IMG/VR virus record: IMGVR_UViG_3300020577_005362
Span: 2,218-66,217 of that record
Length of the DNA: 64,000 bases
From: a virus
Reading direction: 5' to 3' (one strand)
Made by a program: the position numbers and the translations under genes
In this document: positions 26,989 through 36,877 of the stretch, piece after piece
How positions within the stretch are numbered: position 1 is the stretch's first letter
Layout of the letters: each line of letters begins with the position of its first letter
The notes under the pieces: model-generated
What the model saw: the letters and a program-made list of their open reading frames with translations, nothing else
Databases searched by the model: none
Told to the model about the DNA's origin: nothing

Positions 26989-27363
26989 ATGCTCACCGAT
27001 GCCCAGAAAGCCCGCTGCCGCTACCACCTCGGCTACCCCGTTTATGGGGACGAGGCGACGCAGGGCTTCGGGCATCGCTTCCTGCACCACTACGGCACGC
27101 TCGAATATCGCATGAACCATCTGCGGGATTTCGAGGAGACGACCGTGACCACGATGTTGACCAAGCTCGACGAGCTCGAGGACGCCATCGATGGATCGGG
27201 CGACAACATGGACACCGACGTTGCGGCCGTCTGGGAACGGAACCGCTCCGAAATGGCAGAGCGCGAACGCCTCTACCTCGGCAAACGCCGTCGGCTGTCG
27301 CGCTTCTTCGGCGTCCCTCTCAACCAGGAAGAGGGCAGCAACACTGTCCGCTTGGTGGTGTAG
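26989..27363 (+). CDS. Putative head-tail adaptor
   Basis: MLTDAQKARCRYHLGYP pattern; position. Confidence 0.6.
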   Translation: MLTDAQKARCRYHLGYPVYGDEATQGFGHRFLHHYGTLEYRMNHLRDFEETTVTTMLTKLDELEDAIDGSGDNMDTDVAAVWERNRSEMAERERLYLGKRRRLSRFFGVPLNQEEGSNTVRLVV

Positions 27364-27366
27364 GCC

Positions 27367-28026
27367 ATGAACCAGGCGCGGATGGAAACGCTGATCGCCA
27401 AGGGCTACGCGAAAGCGGCCTCGAAGGTCGGCGCGTCGTTCAACCTCTACCGCCCTTCTGGCGCTTCGAGCCCGCTCGACATCTCGCGCAAGGTCGGCAC
27501 GCTCTACGCCTCGTTCACGCCGCATAGCGCCTCGGGCTTCAGCTATAAGCGGCCGTCCGACTACACCTCGTCGCTCTATCACGGCATGTTCGACACCCGC
27601 GAGGTCGAGGTCGGCGATTATCTGACCCACGCAACGCAGGGCACATGGTTCGTCGCAGGCATGGATCCGATCCAGCCGCCGCTGTGCATCGAGTGCCAGC
27701 GTACGGTCACCATCACGCGGCCCTCGGGCGCAACCCAGGTCGGCCTCAATAGCTACGGCGGCAACGTCCCCGAGACGGAAACGCCCGTCATGAGCGGCTG
27801 GCCTGCCTCGCTGCTCGACAGCGGCAAGGGCCAGACCAAGAAATATGGCGACCTGCCGGGCGATGTCGGCACGGGCATCTGGGAGCTATTGCTGCCGCTC
27901 GTCCCTGGCGTGCTCGTCCGCGACGCCGATATCATGGTCGACGATCTCGGCCGCCGCTACGTGCTCGGGTCCTGCGAATTGCAGGATTATGGCTGGCGTT
28001 GCAAAGCCGTGCAGAAGGTGACCTGA
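27367..28026 (+). CDS. Putative head closure protein
   Basis: Position; DDLGRRYVL motif. Confidence 0.55.
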   Translation: MNQARMETLIAKGYAKAASKVGASFNLYRPSGASSPLDISRKVGTLYASFTPHSASGFSYKRPSDYTSSLYHGMFDTREVEVGDYLTHATQGTWFVAGMDPIQPPLCIECQRTVTITRPSGATQVGLNSYGGNVPETETPVMSGWPASLLDSGKGQTKKYGDLPGDVGTGIWELLLPLVPGVLVRDADIMVDDLGRRYVLGSCELQDYGWRCKAVQKVT

Positions 28027-28874
28027 TGGCCGACCTTCAAGACGTGCAGGATACGCTCGCGAGCCTGATCGCTGGCGTCATCTATCCGCAAGGCACCGGC
28101 GCCCCCTCCGTCACCGGCGGCGATGTGCGCATCTTCGCGGGCTGGCCAGCGGCCAACAAGCTCGACGCCGATTTGCGTGCTGGCGTTGCCAACGTGTCGG
28201 TGTTCACCTTCGACACCGAGAAGAACACGAGCCGCTATCTGGAGCCGTGGGGAGAACTGTCCCGCGGCACGAAAACCATCGGCGCGACTGTCGACGCCTC
28301 GGTCAAGGCGTTCACCCTGACCGGCACGGTCGCGACCCCGCAGATTGTGACGGCCATCGTCAACGGCACCGCCTTCTCGCGCGCCGTGCAGGACAACGAC
28401 ACGCTCACGACGATAGCCGCCGGGCTCGCAACGCTGATCACGGCTTTTGGCATCGCCGCGAGCTCGTCAGGCCCGACGGTCTCGATCCCCGACGCCTACC
28501 GGATCACGGTCAACATCGGCGTCAACGGCAAGATCGCGCGCGTCACGAAGCGGCAGGAGAAACTGTTCCAGGTGGACATCTGGGCTGCGTCGAACGATGC
28601 GCGCGGGGCGCTGGCCAAGGCTATCGACCCGATGCTCTCGGATATGAGCCATATCGCCCTGCCTGACGGCACCAGCGGGCGCATGATCTACGTGCGCTCG
28701 CAAAACATCGACGAGACGCAGCCGGAACTGCTTTACCGGCGCGTGCTCTGCTATTCGGTCGACTACCCGACCATCATCACGGCGGACGCAACCGAGATTA
28801 CCAGCGTTGCAGCCGACATCGCGAAACAGGACGGCGACACCGTTGGCGCAGTCTTCAGGGTACAGAGGGGTTAG
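28026..28874 (+). CDS. Putative tail terminator/neck protein
   Basis: Position upstream of the sheath; IFAGWP motif. Confidence 0.55.
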   Translation: MADLQDVQDTLASLIAGVIYPQGTGAPSVTGGDVRIFAGWPAANKLDADLRAGVANVSVFTFDTEKNTSRYLEPWGELSRGTKTIGATVDASVKAFTLTGTVATPQIVTAIVNGTAFSRAVQDNDTLTTIAAGLATLITAFGIAASSSGPTVSIPDAYRITVNIGVNGKIARVTKRQEKLFQVDIWAASNDARGALAKAIDPMLSDMSHIALPDGTSGRMIYVRSQNIDETQPELLYRRVLCYSVDYPTIITADATEITSVAADIAKQDGDTVGAVFRVQRG

Positions 28875-28877
28875 ACC

Positions 28878-29054
28878 ATGTTTCATCTTGTCGTGACGCG
28901 CGCCTTCGGGCAGTATGCCATCGGACAACGCATCACCGATGCGGCCGAGATCGAAGCGGCGCGTGCGAACTACGCCTCCAACGTCGTGCCGATCATCGCC
29001 GAGGACGCGGTCGAACCCGCGCCCCCGAGCCCGAAGCCGGGCAAGTCGAAGTAA
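28878..29054 (+). CDS. Small protein preceding the sheath
   Basis: MFHLVVTRAFGQYAIGQRITD; 58 aa. Confidence 0.6.
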   Translation: MFHLVVTRAFGQYAIGQRITDAAEIEAARANYASNVVPIIAEDAVEPAPPSPKPGKSK

Positions 29055-29105
29055 CCGGCCAGTCCAAGTAACCCGTAACCGTTCACACCGCGTTCAATCG
29101 CCGGT

Positions 29106-29129
29106 CCATCGGGCGCAGGCCGCCATGGG
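29106..29129 (+). promoter_or_regulatory. Repeated element, copy 2
   Basis: 24-nt identity with 24983-25006. Confidence 0.75.
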
Positions 29130-29159
29130 GCCTTTCTCGAGCTTTCGAGGGGAACCCCT

Positions 29160-30926
29160 ATGCCGTCCATTTCGCAGCTTGGCACCTATAACATCTCCGC
29201 CCTGACGGTCCCTGGCGTCTACGTCCAGATCGTCCCGCCGGCCTTCCGCCTCAACGGCGTTCCGTCCTCCATCTTCGGCGTCGTCGGCACCACCACATGG
29301 GGCCCGATCAACCAGCCGCAGATCATCGGCGATTATGCCGAGTTCGCGAGCGTGTTCGGCCAGATGCAGGCCCGCCCTTACGACATGGGCACCGCCGCAT
29401 GGATCGCATTCCAGCAAGGCGCGGCAGCGGCTGGCAAGTTCGTGCGCGTCACGGACGGCACCGAAACCGCGGCCTCTGTGATCGTGCAGACGAACTGCAT
29501 CACGCTCACGGCCAAATACGCAGGATCGCGCGGCAACCAGGTGCAAGCCGCCATCGGCGTCGGCTCGGCGGTCGGGTCTTCCCGCGTCCGCGTCATCATG
29601 CCGGGCGAGGTGCCCGAGATCTACGACAACATCTTCAAGGGCGTGGCCTCCGTCTCGGTCTCGGCCGCAGGCACCGGCTACACCAGCGCGCCGACGGTTT
29701 CGTTCTCGGACCCGCAGACGCCCGGCGGTCGCCGTGCGCGCGGCCATGCCGTGCTCTCGACGACGACTGTCGGATCGATCGTGATCGACGACCCCGGTAA
29801 TGGCTACACCTCGGCGCCCACTGTTACCCTCTCGGGTGGCGGTGGCTCCGGCGCGACGCTCGGTTCGCCTGTCATTTCGTCCTGGCCTGCGATTGCCGAC
29901 GCCATCAACAACGGACAGTCGGGATTGCGCGGACCTTCGCGCTACATCGTGGCAACCGCAGGCGTCGGCACCACGACGCCGACCGAAACCCTCTACTCGC
30001 TGGTCGGTGGCACCGACGGCGCGTCGAACATCACCACGTCGATCATGCTCGGCGTCGACAGCATCCCCCGCAAGGGCATGTATGCCCTGCGCGGCCAGGA
30101 CGTGTCCTGCGCCATGCTGACCGATCTGGTCGATACCAACTCATGGGCGACGCAGATCGCCTTCGGTGTCTCCGAAGGCATCGCCATGGCGCTGACAGGC
30201 CCGTCTGGCGAAAGCATCGCGGATGCGGTGACGGCGAAAACGACGGCGGCGATCGACACCTATTCCGGCAAGGTGCTGCTCGGCGACTACGTCTACTTCT
30301 TCGACCCCGTGAACAACCTGCCGCGCCGCCTGATCTCGCAGCAAGCCTTCTGGATCGGCCGCCGCGCCAATCTGAGCCCCGAGCACTCGTCCCTCAACAA
30401 GACGGTGCAGGGTGTGATCGCGACGCAGCGCACCGAGACGGGCATGCCCTACTCGGACGGCGACGTCACGGAATTGCAGCGGCTCTCAATCGACGTGCTC
30501 ACCTCGCCGTCGCCGGGTGGCAACTACTTCGCCTTCCGCACCGGCCGCAACGCCTCCTCGAACCCGTCAACGCGGGGCGAGAACTATACGATGATGACCA
30601 ACTACCTCGCCAAGACCATGGCGAAGGGCATGGGCATCTATATCGGTGCGCTGCAATCCCGGCGCGTCGACGACAAGACGCGGCGCGAGATCAAGGCGAC
30701 GCTCGACGCCTTCCTGTCGGTGCTGGCGAACACGCAGCCATATCCGATGATCGACGAGTTCGACGTGGTCGTGAACAAGACCAACAACTCGAACGAGACC
30801 ATCGCACTCGGATACGCCTTCGCCTACGTGCGGGTCGTCTACATGTCGATCGTCGAATTCCTGGTGATCAACTTGGAAGGCGGCCAGACGGTCAACATCA
30901 CGCGCCAGAACCAAGCGCCCTTCTGA
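29160..30926 (+). CDS. Contractile tail sheath
   Basis: PGVYVQ, GTTTWGP, TAKYAGSRGN, duplicated GTGYTSAPTV insert. Confidence 0.92.
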   Translation: MPSISQLGTYNISALTVPGVYVQIVPPAFRLNGVPSSIFGVVGTTTWGPINQPQIIGDYAEFASVFGQMQARPYDMGTAAWIAFQQGAAAAGKFVRVTDGTETAASVIVQTNCITLTAKYAGSRGNQVQAAIGVGSAVGSSRVRVIMPGEVPEIYDNIFKGVASVSVSAAGTGYTSAPTVSFSDPQTPGGRRARGHAVLSTTTVGSIVIDDPGNGYTSAPTVTLSGGGGSGATLGSPVISSWPAIADAINNGQSGLRGPSRYIVATAGVGTTTPTETLYSLVGGTDGASNITTSIMLGVDSIPRKGMYALRGQDVSCAMLTDLVDTNSWATQIAFGVSEGIAMALTGPSGESIADAVTAKTTAAIDTYSGKVLLGDYVYFFDPVNNLPRRLISQQAFWIGRRANLSPEHSSLNKTVQGVIATQRTETGMPYSDGDVTELQRLSIDVLTSPSPGGNYFAFRTGRNASSNPSTRGENYTMMTNYLAKTMAKGMGIYIGALQSRRVDDKTRREIKATLDAFLSVLANTQPYPMIDEFDVVVNKTNNSNETIALGYAFAYVRVVYMSIVEFLVINLEGGQTVNITRQNQAPF

Positions 30927-30993
30927 CGCCAGTCACGCGAAACCCTGGCGCTAGACCGGCGCCAGGTCCTCCTCTCGCACAAGGACCACACCC

Positions 30994-31440
30994 ATGCCCG
31001 TCGCATCGCAATTCGGCACTCTCTCCATCGGCCGCGACATCGCGGTCAACTGCACGCTCCCCGGTGGCGGCCAGCTCCAGATCGCTGGCATCACCGACTT
31101 CGACCGCAAGCCCAAGCAGAAAAAGCTTGAGAGCCACGGGCTCGACGGCATCACGCGCACGGCGACCATCCCCGGCACGTGGACGCTGTCGTTTTCGGTC
31201 GATCGCAACAATCGCGAACTCGACGATTTCTTCTCTGCGGTCGAAGCGGCCTACTTCCAAGGCGCGACTGTCGAGAACGTCACGGTGCTCGAGACCATCA
31301 CCGAGCCCGACGGTTCCATCTCTCAATACCGCTACGAAGGCGTCAGCCTGCATTTCGAGGATGCGGGCACGTGGAAAGCCGACAGCTACGTGAAGATGAA
31401 GCTGGGCGGCGAGGCATCGCGGCGCGTGATCGTCGCCTGA
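30994..31440 (+). CDS. Tail tube protein
   Basis: 148 aa following the sheath. Confidence 0.8.
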   Translation: MPVASQFGTLSIGRDIAVNCTLPGGGQLQIAGITDFDRKPKQKKLESHGLDGITRTATIPGTWTLSFSVDRNNRELDDFFSAVEAAYFQGATVENVTVLETITEPDGSISQYRYEGVSLHFEDAGTWKADSYVKMKLGGEASRRVIVA

Positions 31441-31469
31441 CACCGCGCGCATGGGGAAAGCGATAATCG

Positions 31470-31498
31470 GCAGGGCGGATGGTCTGCCCTGCTTTTTT
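31470..31498 (+). terminator. Intrinsic terminator
   Basis: gcagggcgga-tgg-tctgccctgc-tttttt. Confidence 0.85.
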
Positions 31499-31518
31499 AA
31501 CCTGAAGGGCACAAACAC

Positions 31519-31917
31519 ATGACGAAGATCACCCGCATCGCGGCGAAACCTGCCGAGGGCCAGACGCCGACGCAGCAGGCGATGGCGATGGGCGCGCATC
31601 CGACCGTGTCTATCGAGGACGGTTACGGCCGCAATTTCACGCTGCGCCGACTGTCGACGATGGAGATGATGCAGCTGTCGCGCAAGATGGGCGCCGAGAA
31701 CGCGGCCAATACGGTCTGGTTCACGATGGCGATCTGCACGGCGACCGTGCGCGCCATCGACGACAACCGCTACGACTTCATGCCTGCCAATCCCGCCGAG
31801 GCCGAGAAGAAAATGGAGAGCATCGGCGAGAGCGGCATGGAACTCCTGCAAAAGTGGATCGAGGAAACGCAGGAAGCCAGGGAGATGGCGACCAGCCTCG
31901 ACGACGCAAAAAACTGA
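31519..31917 (+). CDS. Tail assembly chaperone (G-like)
   Basis: After the tube; ends in slippery A AAA AAC TGA. Confidence 0.8.
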   Translation: MTKITRIAAKPAEGQTPTQQAMAMGAHPTVSIEDGYGRNFTLRRLSTMEMMQLSRKMGAENAANTVWFTMAICTATVRAIDDNRYDFMPANPAEAEKKMESIGESGMELLQKWIEETQEAREMATSLDDAKN

Positions 31918-32090
31918 CCGAGCACGCCGATCTTCAGTTGAGGTTGCACCTCGTGAAGAACGGCGTGCCGTTCGATGTCGCTTTCTCCTGGCCTGACGAT
32001 TGGGCGCTCGCCGCGCATGTGATCTTCGGCCAGTTCGACGGCGGCGAGTGGGATTGGCGCGAGCGCAAGTGGGTCAAGAGGGACGCATGA
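31908..32090 (+). CDS. Tail chaperone -1 frameshift extension (GT-like)
   Basis: The -1 frame continues LTEHADLQLRLHLVKNGVPFDVAF. Confidence 0.75.
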   Translation, partial: KKLTEHADLQLRLHLVKNGVPFDVAFSWPDDWALAAHVIFGQFDGGEWDWRERKWVKRDA

Positions 32091-32512
32091 CGACCAGAAC
32101 GCACTCGCTGCAATCCTTCTCGACCCACCTCACCATGCACGCGCTCGTTGCCCGGCACGAACAGCGGCACGCGCTCAACGAGGTGGGGCAGCTCATCCTC
32201 GCCGAGGCGCGGTCTGCGATGGGCACCTATCGCTATGGCTGGCCGCCGCTTCAACCCTCGACGGTAGCGCGCAAGCGCAACGGCGACACGCCGCTGGTCG
32301 AGACGGGGGAAATGCGGCGCGACTACGGGGTGAACTTGGTGGACGATACGACTGTCGAGGTCGGGTCGAACAACCCCAAAGCGATCTGGCATGAACTCGG
32401 AACCGGGCATGTACCGCCGCGCCCGGTGTTGCAGCCTGCCGCCCAGGCGGTCGAGCCACGCGCGTCGCAGATCATCGGCGACCGCTGTCTGCGGGGGCTG
32501 TTCCTGCGCTAA
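32087..32512 (+). CDS. Virion morphogenesis/HK97 gp10-like protein
   Basis: WPPLQPSTVARK, PLVETGEMR, AIWHELGT..PPRPVL. Confidence 0.8.
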   Translation: MTTRTHSLQSFSTHLTMHALVARHEQRHALNEVGQLILAEARSAMGTYRYGWPPLQPSTVARKRNGDTPLVETGEMRRDYGVNLVDDTTVEVGSNNPKAIWHELGTGHVPPRPVLQPAAQAVEPRASQIIGDRCLRGLFLR

Positions 32513-33036
32513 TTGATGCCGCAGCCCTTCGTGAAATAGAGAAACTGTTCGAAGGTCCGGCCAACCATCGCGGCCGACTGGAACGAATAGGCCTCGCGGC
32601 TCGGCACATCGAGCACGAGGCCAATGCTCAGGTTCATGCGCCGAAGGCTCAAGACGATCTCGCGCAGCTTGTCGCCGTAGCCGATCATCAGCAGTTTTCC
32701 GTTCGCGGTTCGCTCGAACCGCGTCTCGATCAGGATGGCCTCGTCGCCGGGGTCTTCCCAGATCGTGACGCCGATCTTGGCGCCCTCCTTACGCAGTTGA
32801 GCGAGTTCGTCGTCGCTGACGATGTGCGGCACCTGATAAAACAGGCTCAGGTTTGACGCGTTGCTGCATCGGAAGGCCGCAACGCCTCCCGACGTGAGGT
32901 CCATGCTGGAGACGACCTGTTCGGTCGGCTTGTTGCCGATCTGGTCCTTGACCTCGGCATAGCGCCACGCTGCGCAAGGGCCTGAGACTGTCGCCAAGAT
33001 GGCGGCTAGAACCGCAAGCCTCATCTTTCGCAGCAT
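32509..33036 (-). CDS. Secreted/periplasmic hypothetical protein (moron)
   Basis: Signal-peptide-like N-terminus; opposite strand to the tail operon. Confidence 0.7.
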   Translation of the reverse strand: MLRKMRLAVLAAILATVSGPCAAWRYAEVKDQIGNKPTEQVVSSMDLTSGGVAAFRCSNASNLSLFYQVPHIVSDDELAQLRKEGAKIGVTIWEDPGDEAILIETRFERTANGKLLMIGYGDKLREIVLSLRRMNLSIGLVLDVPSREAYSFQSAAMVGRTFEQFLYFTKGCGIN

Positions 33037-33046
33037 CGTTGTCCCC

Positions 33047-33370
33047 CTAGATCAGGATGGCCAGCACCAGAACGATTGCGAGGGCGAGCCAGATCCACCG
33101 CAGAACGCGCGCCATCTTGGCATTGGGGACGCCGAAGTGCCCGCAGCCCGGACACCAGCGCGCGTTGAGTGCGATGGGCTTGCCGCAGGAGCGGCACGGC
33201 CCGGACTTCGACGGGGTGCTGTAAACGACTGACATCTCGCCACGCAGGCGGCGCGCGGCCGCTGCGTGTTCTTCCGCGCTCATGCGCTCCAGATGCCCGC
33301 GGGCAACTCCCGCTTTCAGCAAATAGGCCACGTCGTCGGTCAACCGCACGACGCGACCTCGCTTGCCCAC
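33047..33370 (-). CDS. Zinc-ribbon plus C-terminal TM protein (moron)
   Basis: CRSCG..CPGCG; WIWLALAIVLVLAILI. Confidence 0.65.
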   Translation of the reverse strand: MGKRGRVVRLTDDVAYLLKAGVARGHLERMSAEEHAAAARRLRGEMSVVYSTPSKSGPCRSCGKPIALNARWCPGCGHFGVPNAKMARVLRWIWLALAIVLVLAILI

Positions 33371-33429
33371 TTCGCCAAAGCCTCAGCTTCGACCTGCATT
33401 CCCATTATTCCCTCAAGGGAGGTGTTCCC

Positions 33430-35580
33430 ATGGCTTCGATCTACGACATCGCCGTGCGTATGACTATGACTAACCAAGTTTCGCCGGTCCTGCAAACCAT
33501 CGCGCACGATCTGCTCGGCATCCATCGGCACACGATGAATGCGGCGGGCGGCTTCAACACGATCCGCAACGCCATCGTGGGCTTGGGCGCAGCGTGGGCA
33601 GGCACCAAGATCATCGAGGGTGTTTCGAAAATCGTCGACCATGGCGGCAAGCTGCTCAACATCCAGAACCAGATGAAAACCGGCTCATGGTCGCCGGAGG
33701 AAATCGATCACGGCTATCAGCGTGCGCGCGAGCTTTCGCAGAAATACAAGGCCCTCGCCCCGCGCGAGATCCTGGAGATCATGAAGGAGATCGCGCCGGC
33801 GCTCGGCAGCAAAGATGACGCCATGGCCAAGGCCGAACCGATGGTGCAGATGCTGATGGCGCTGAAGTTGCGTCTTGGCGATGAAAAGGGCTCGGCGCTG
33901 CACAAGCAGGTGATCGCGTCGGTGCGCGCCGCGGAACTCACCGGTAACGCCATGACGAAAGAACGCTTCGTCCAATACCTCGACATGCAGACGAAGATCA
34001 TCAACGCCTTTAACGGCCTCATCAAGCCCGAGGACATGGCGCTGATGGCCAAGTATGGCCGGTCGAGCGCGATGCGTTGGTCTGATCGCTTTATCGGCTC
34101 TGTCTTGCCGACCATCGGCCAGGAACTCGGCGGCTCCTCGACGGGCGTCGCCATCATGAGCATGAACCAGGCCGTCGCGGGCGGCATGATGACGGAGAAG
34201 TCCCGCAACTGGTTCAACGATATGGGGCTCGTCGATCAGGCCAAGGCGCGCCGTCTGGGCGCGTTGTCGCCGGAAGGTCGCCTGCGCCGGAACATGCCGG
34301 GGCTGATCATCGGCGCCGATCAGGCGCAGACCGACCCCGATCTGTGGATGAAAAACACGGTCATTCCCGCGATGATCAAGAAGGGGAAGATCACGCAGGC
34401 GCACATCGATGCCATCGCCAAGGGGGACCTCAAGGACGGGCTCGGCCTTGAGGGCATGTCGAAGATCCAGAACGAACTCTATATCGCCTTCGGCAACCGC
34501 ACGGCGCAGGGCCTCGCCAACATCTACGCCCTGCAAGTGCGCAAGATCGAGCGCGACCAGAAGATCCTGCAGGACAGTTTCGGCCTGTCCAAGACTGTCG
34601 AGGTGTGGGAACGCGACTACAACATGCAGAAGGGCGCGTTTCACGCGCAGCTTGACGCCATTGGTGATGCCCTGTCCTTGCCAATGCTGCCGAGTGCAAT
34701 CGAGGGGCTGAAGTCCTTGAACGGAATTCTGGCGGGCATCGCCAAATTCTTCGGCGATAACCCGGTCTTTGCCCGCATGGCGGTCTCGGCCGCGATGGCA
34801 GGCGGTCTCGTGTTGCTCGCGGCAGGCGTCGGCGCCCTGATCGCGATCTTCGCAGGCCCGATTGCGCTTGCGACCGCTGGCGTGGTCGCGTTGACCGCGG
34901 CGGTGGGCACACTGGTTGCGATCAAGTGGGACAAGGTCAAAACATGGGCGCAGGATATCGCGCAGAAGATCGCCGAGGGCTTCGCTGACGTCAAAGCCAA
35001 GATCAAGGTGAAGCCCGAGCAGGGATGGCTCGACTACATCTTCAAGGACATGGTGGGCGATATCGCGAGTGGCGCCCGCCGACTGTTCTTTGCTGTCCCG
35101 CAGTTGCTGACGGAAGCGGTGACGGCCGTCGCCAAGGACGTCGACCACTGGTTCCGCAAGATCCCGAACATGCTGACGGAGACGGTTTCCGCAGTGTTCG
35201 GGGAGTTGGGGAACATGATCAAGAACGCCCTGCTTTCGCTGCTGCCGAACCTCAAAAAGATCTTCGGGCTCGATGGGTCTTGGAAGGGCGGACCACTGAA
35301 GCCCGGCGAAGTCTCTCCTGTGCCGGGCTCGCCGGGACCGAACAGCAACCCCGGCTTCGAACCCGGCAGTGGTGTTCCAAGCTTCCAGTTGCAGCGCTAC
35401 GTGCCGGGGATGGACAAGAACGGCATGATCCAGACCCGCACGGTCATCAATCTCGACAGCCGGACGATTGCCGACGTGGTCGCGATGCAGATCGCGCGCA
35501 TGGCGGAACATGCAACGGGCGGCATGGGCTTCGACCGGCAGATGCAGCCGCTGTTGCCGGACAACTCGATCGCAACGTGA
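33430..35580 (+). CDS. Tape measure protein
   Basis: 716 aa, A/G/M-rich helical, hydrophobic segment; RBS ggaggt. Confidence 0.88.
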   Translation: MASIYDIAVRMTMTNQVSPVLQTIAHDLLGIHRHTMNAAGGFNTIRNAIVGLGAAWAGTKIIEGVSKIVDHGGKLLNIQNQMKTGSWSPEEIDHGYQRARELSQKYKALAPREILEIMKEIAPALGSKDDAMAKAEPMVQMLMALKLRLGDEKGSALHKQVIASVRAAELTGNAMTKERFVQYLDMQTKIINAFNGLIKPEDMALMAKYGRSSAMRWSDRFIGSVLPTIGQELGGSSTGVAIMSMNQAVAGGMMTEKSRNWFNDMGLVDQAKARRLGALSPEGRLRRNMPGLIIGADQAQTDPDLWMKNTVIPAMIKKGKITQAHIDAIAKGDLKDGLGLEGMSKIQNELYIAFGNRTAQGLANIYALQVRKIERDQKILQDSFGLSKTVEVWERDYNMQKGAFHAQLDAIGDALSLPMLPSAIEGLKSLNGILAGIAKFFGDNPVFARMAVSAAMAGGLVLLAAGVGALIAIFAGPIALATAGVVALTAAVGTLVAIKWDKVKTWAQDIAQKIAEGFADVKAKIKVKPEQGWLDYIFKDMVGDIASGARRLFFAVPQLLTEAVTAVAKDVDHWFRKIPNMLTETVSAVFGELGNMIKNALLSLLPNLKKIFGLDGSWKGGPLKPGEVSPVPGSPGPNSNPGFEPGSGVPSFQLQRYVPGMDKNGMIQTRTVINLDSRTIADVVAMQIARMAEHATGGMGFDRQMQPLLPDNSIAT

Positions 35581-35649
35581 GGGGTTTTTCGGTACCTCAC
35601 GAAAAACCTCGGGGTATTTACTGAGGTCAGTAAAAACCTCGCCGCACTT

Positions 35650-35686
35650 GGGCCACTCCAGAGATGGGGCGGCCCTTTTTCTGTTT
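35650..35686 (+). terminator. Intrinsic terminator after the tape measure gene
   Basis: gggcc-a-ctcca-gaga-tgggg-c-ggccc-tttttctgttt. Confidence 0.65.
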
Positions 35687-35880
35687 CAGGCCCGCATGAC
35701 GGCAAGCCTTTTGCGGGGGTCGCTCCGCAAATCAGGAACCACCCTCTCGGCCTCCGCAATTGCCGACGCGATGTCCTCGGAGAAGCTACGTTCGGGCGTC
35801 ATGATCACCTCTGCCCGGAAGATCTCTTCGCCGTCCTGCTTGACTGTGACCACATAGGGAACCTCGTTAACGGGGATCAT
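35686..35880 (-). CDS. Small hypothetical protein
   Basis: RBS aggagg before MIPVNEVPY. Confidence 0.55.
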   Translation of the reverse strand: MIPVNEVPYVVTVKQDGEEIFRAEVIMTPERSFSEDIASAIAEAERVVPDLRSDPRKRLAVMRA

Positions 35881-35999
35881 GCTTGCCTCCTGCGCTGCTT
35901 GAGATGGCGAATTGGGGTTGCCATTGTGGCGCGACGCGGGCATAAAGAGTGCGCGCCGCATGTTGCTGCTTCGGCGAGAAATCGGAAAAGGAAGCAGCT

Positions 36000-36022
36000 C
36001 ATCGGGCGCAGGCCGCCAGGGG
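36000..36022 (+). promoter_or_regulatory. Repeated element, copy 3
   Basis: 19-nt core identical to copies 1 and 2. Confidence 0.7.
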
Positions 36023-36074
36023 CGAAAGCGAACAGCTTTCAGCCCCTTTTTCGCGTGTTGGGGAACACGTCGAG

Positions 36075-36530
36075 ATGCAGGCGGACACTGTTGTGGTCCT
36101 CGGACAAGTCGCGCTGCGCGACTTCGAGGTGCCCGAGAATATTCCATTCGGCGGCAAGCACATCATCAATCGGCACACGCTGATCGGTGGCGAGCGCGTG
36201 CTCGACAAGATGGGGCCGAGCCCCGAGGATCTGCGCTGGTTCGGCCGCTTTCGCGGCAATGACGCGCTGCAGCGCGCCCGCGCAATCGACGCCATGCGCA
36301 TTTCGGGCGAGGAAGTCTCGCTGTCGTGGGGTGGGCTGACGTTTCAGGTCGTCGTCGAGGAATTCGAGCCCGACTACCACAAGCGCTACGAGATCCCCTA
36401 CAAGGTCCGCTGCGTCGTCTCCGAGGTTGACCGGCAAGGCCAATCTGGCGCGTCGATGGGATCTGCCATCTCGGCGGACGTGAGCCTGCTTGCCACCAGC
36501 ATCAAGAACCTGCCGGACGGTCCCCTATGA
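36075..36530 (+). CDS. Tail tube initiator (P2 GpU-like)
   Basis: LIGGERVLDKMG, LSWG; position after the tape measure gene. Confidence 0.75.
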   Translation: MQADTVVVLGQVALRDFEVPENIPFGGKHIINRHTLIGGERVLDKMGPSPEDLRWFGRFRGNDALQRARAIDAMRISGEEVSLSWGGLTFQVVVEEFEPDYHKRYEIPYKVRCVVSEVDRQGQSGASMGSAISADVSLLATSIKNLPDGPL

Positions 36531-36877
36531 CCGTCTACGTGGGAGACGTGAAATCGCAGTTTTCGGCGCTCTCGGACGCGCTCAACCAGGTCGAGGATCT
36601 GGACGAGGCAACTGTTTCCGAATTGACGGCCATGCGCATCGTTGCGCGCGCCACGAGCGAGGCCATCGACGTCCGCGTTGCCGAGCTTGACCCGCAACTC
36701 TCAGGCGACGAACTCGCGATTGCAGGCGTCGCCGCGGGCGTGTTCGCGCTCGACGCCATCGCCGCGATCAACGCGGCTGACGCGTCTCTCGCACAGATGA
36801 ACGGTCTGCTCGACTGTCGGGCCTACGCAGGCCGCATCGAGGCGAACCTTCGGCAGGTCACGGGGGGCGCGCAATGA
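36527..36877 (+). CDS. Hypothetical tail protein
   Basis: Coupled ORF. Confidence 0.65.
   Translation: MTVYVGDVKSQFSALSDALNQVEDLDEATVSELTAMRIVARATSEAIDVRVAELDPQLSGDELAIAGVAAGVFALDAIAAINAADASLAQMNGLLDCRAYAGRIEANLRQVTGGAQ

Noticed and set aside
35578-35642. Paired hairpins with AAAAACCTCG repeats after the tape measure gene as MITE ends
   Set aside because: No target duplication or second copy seen; may simply be operator/terminator sequence
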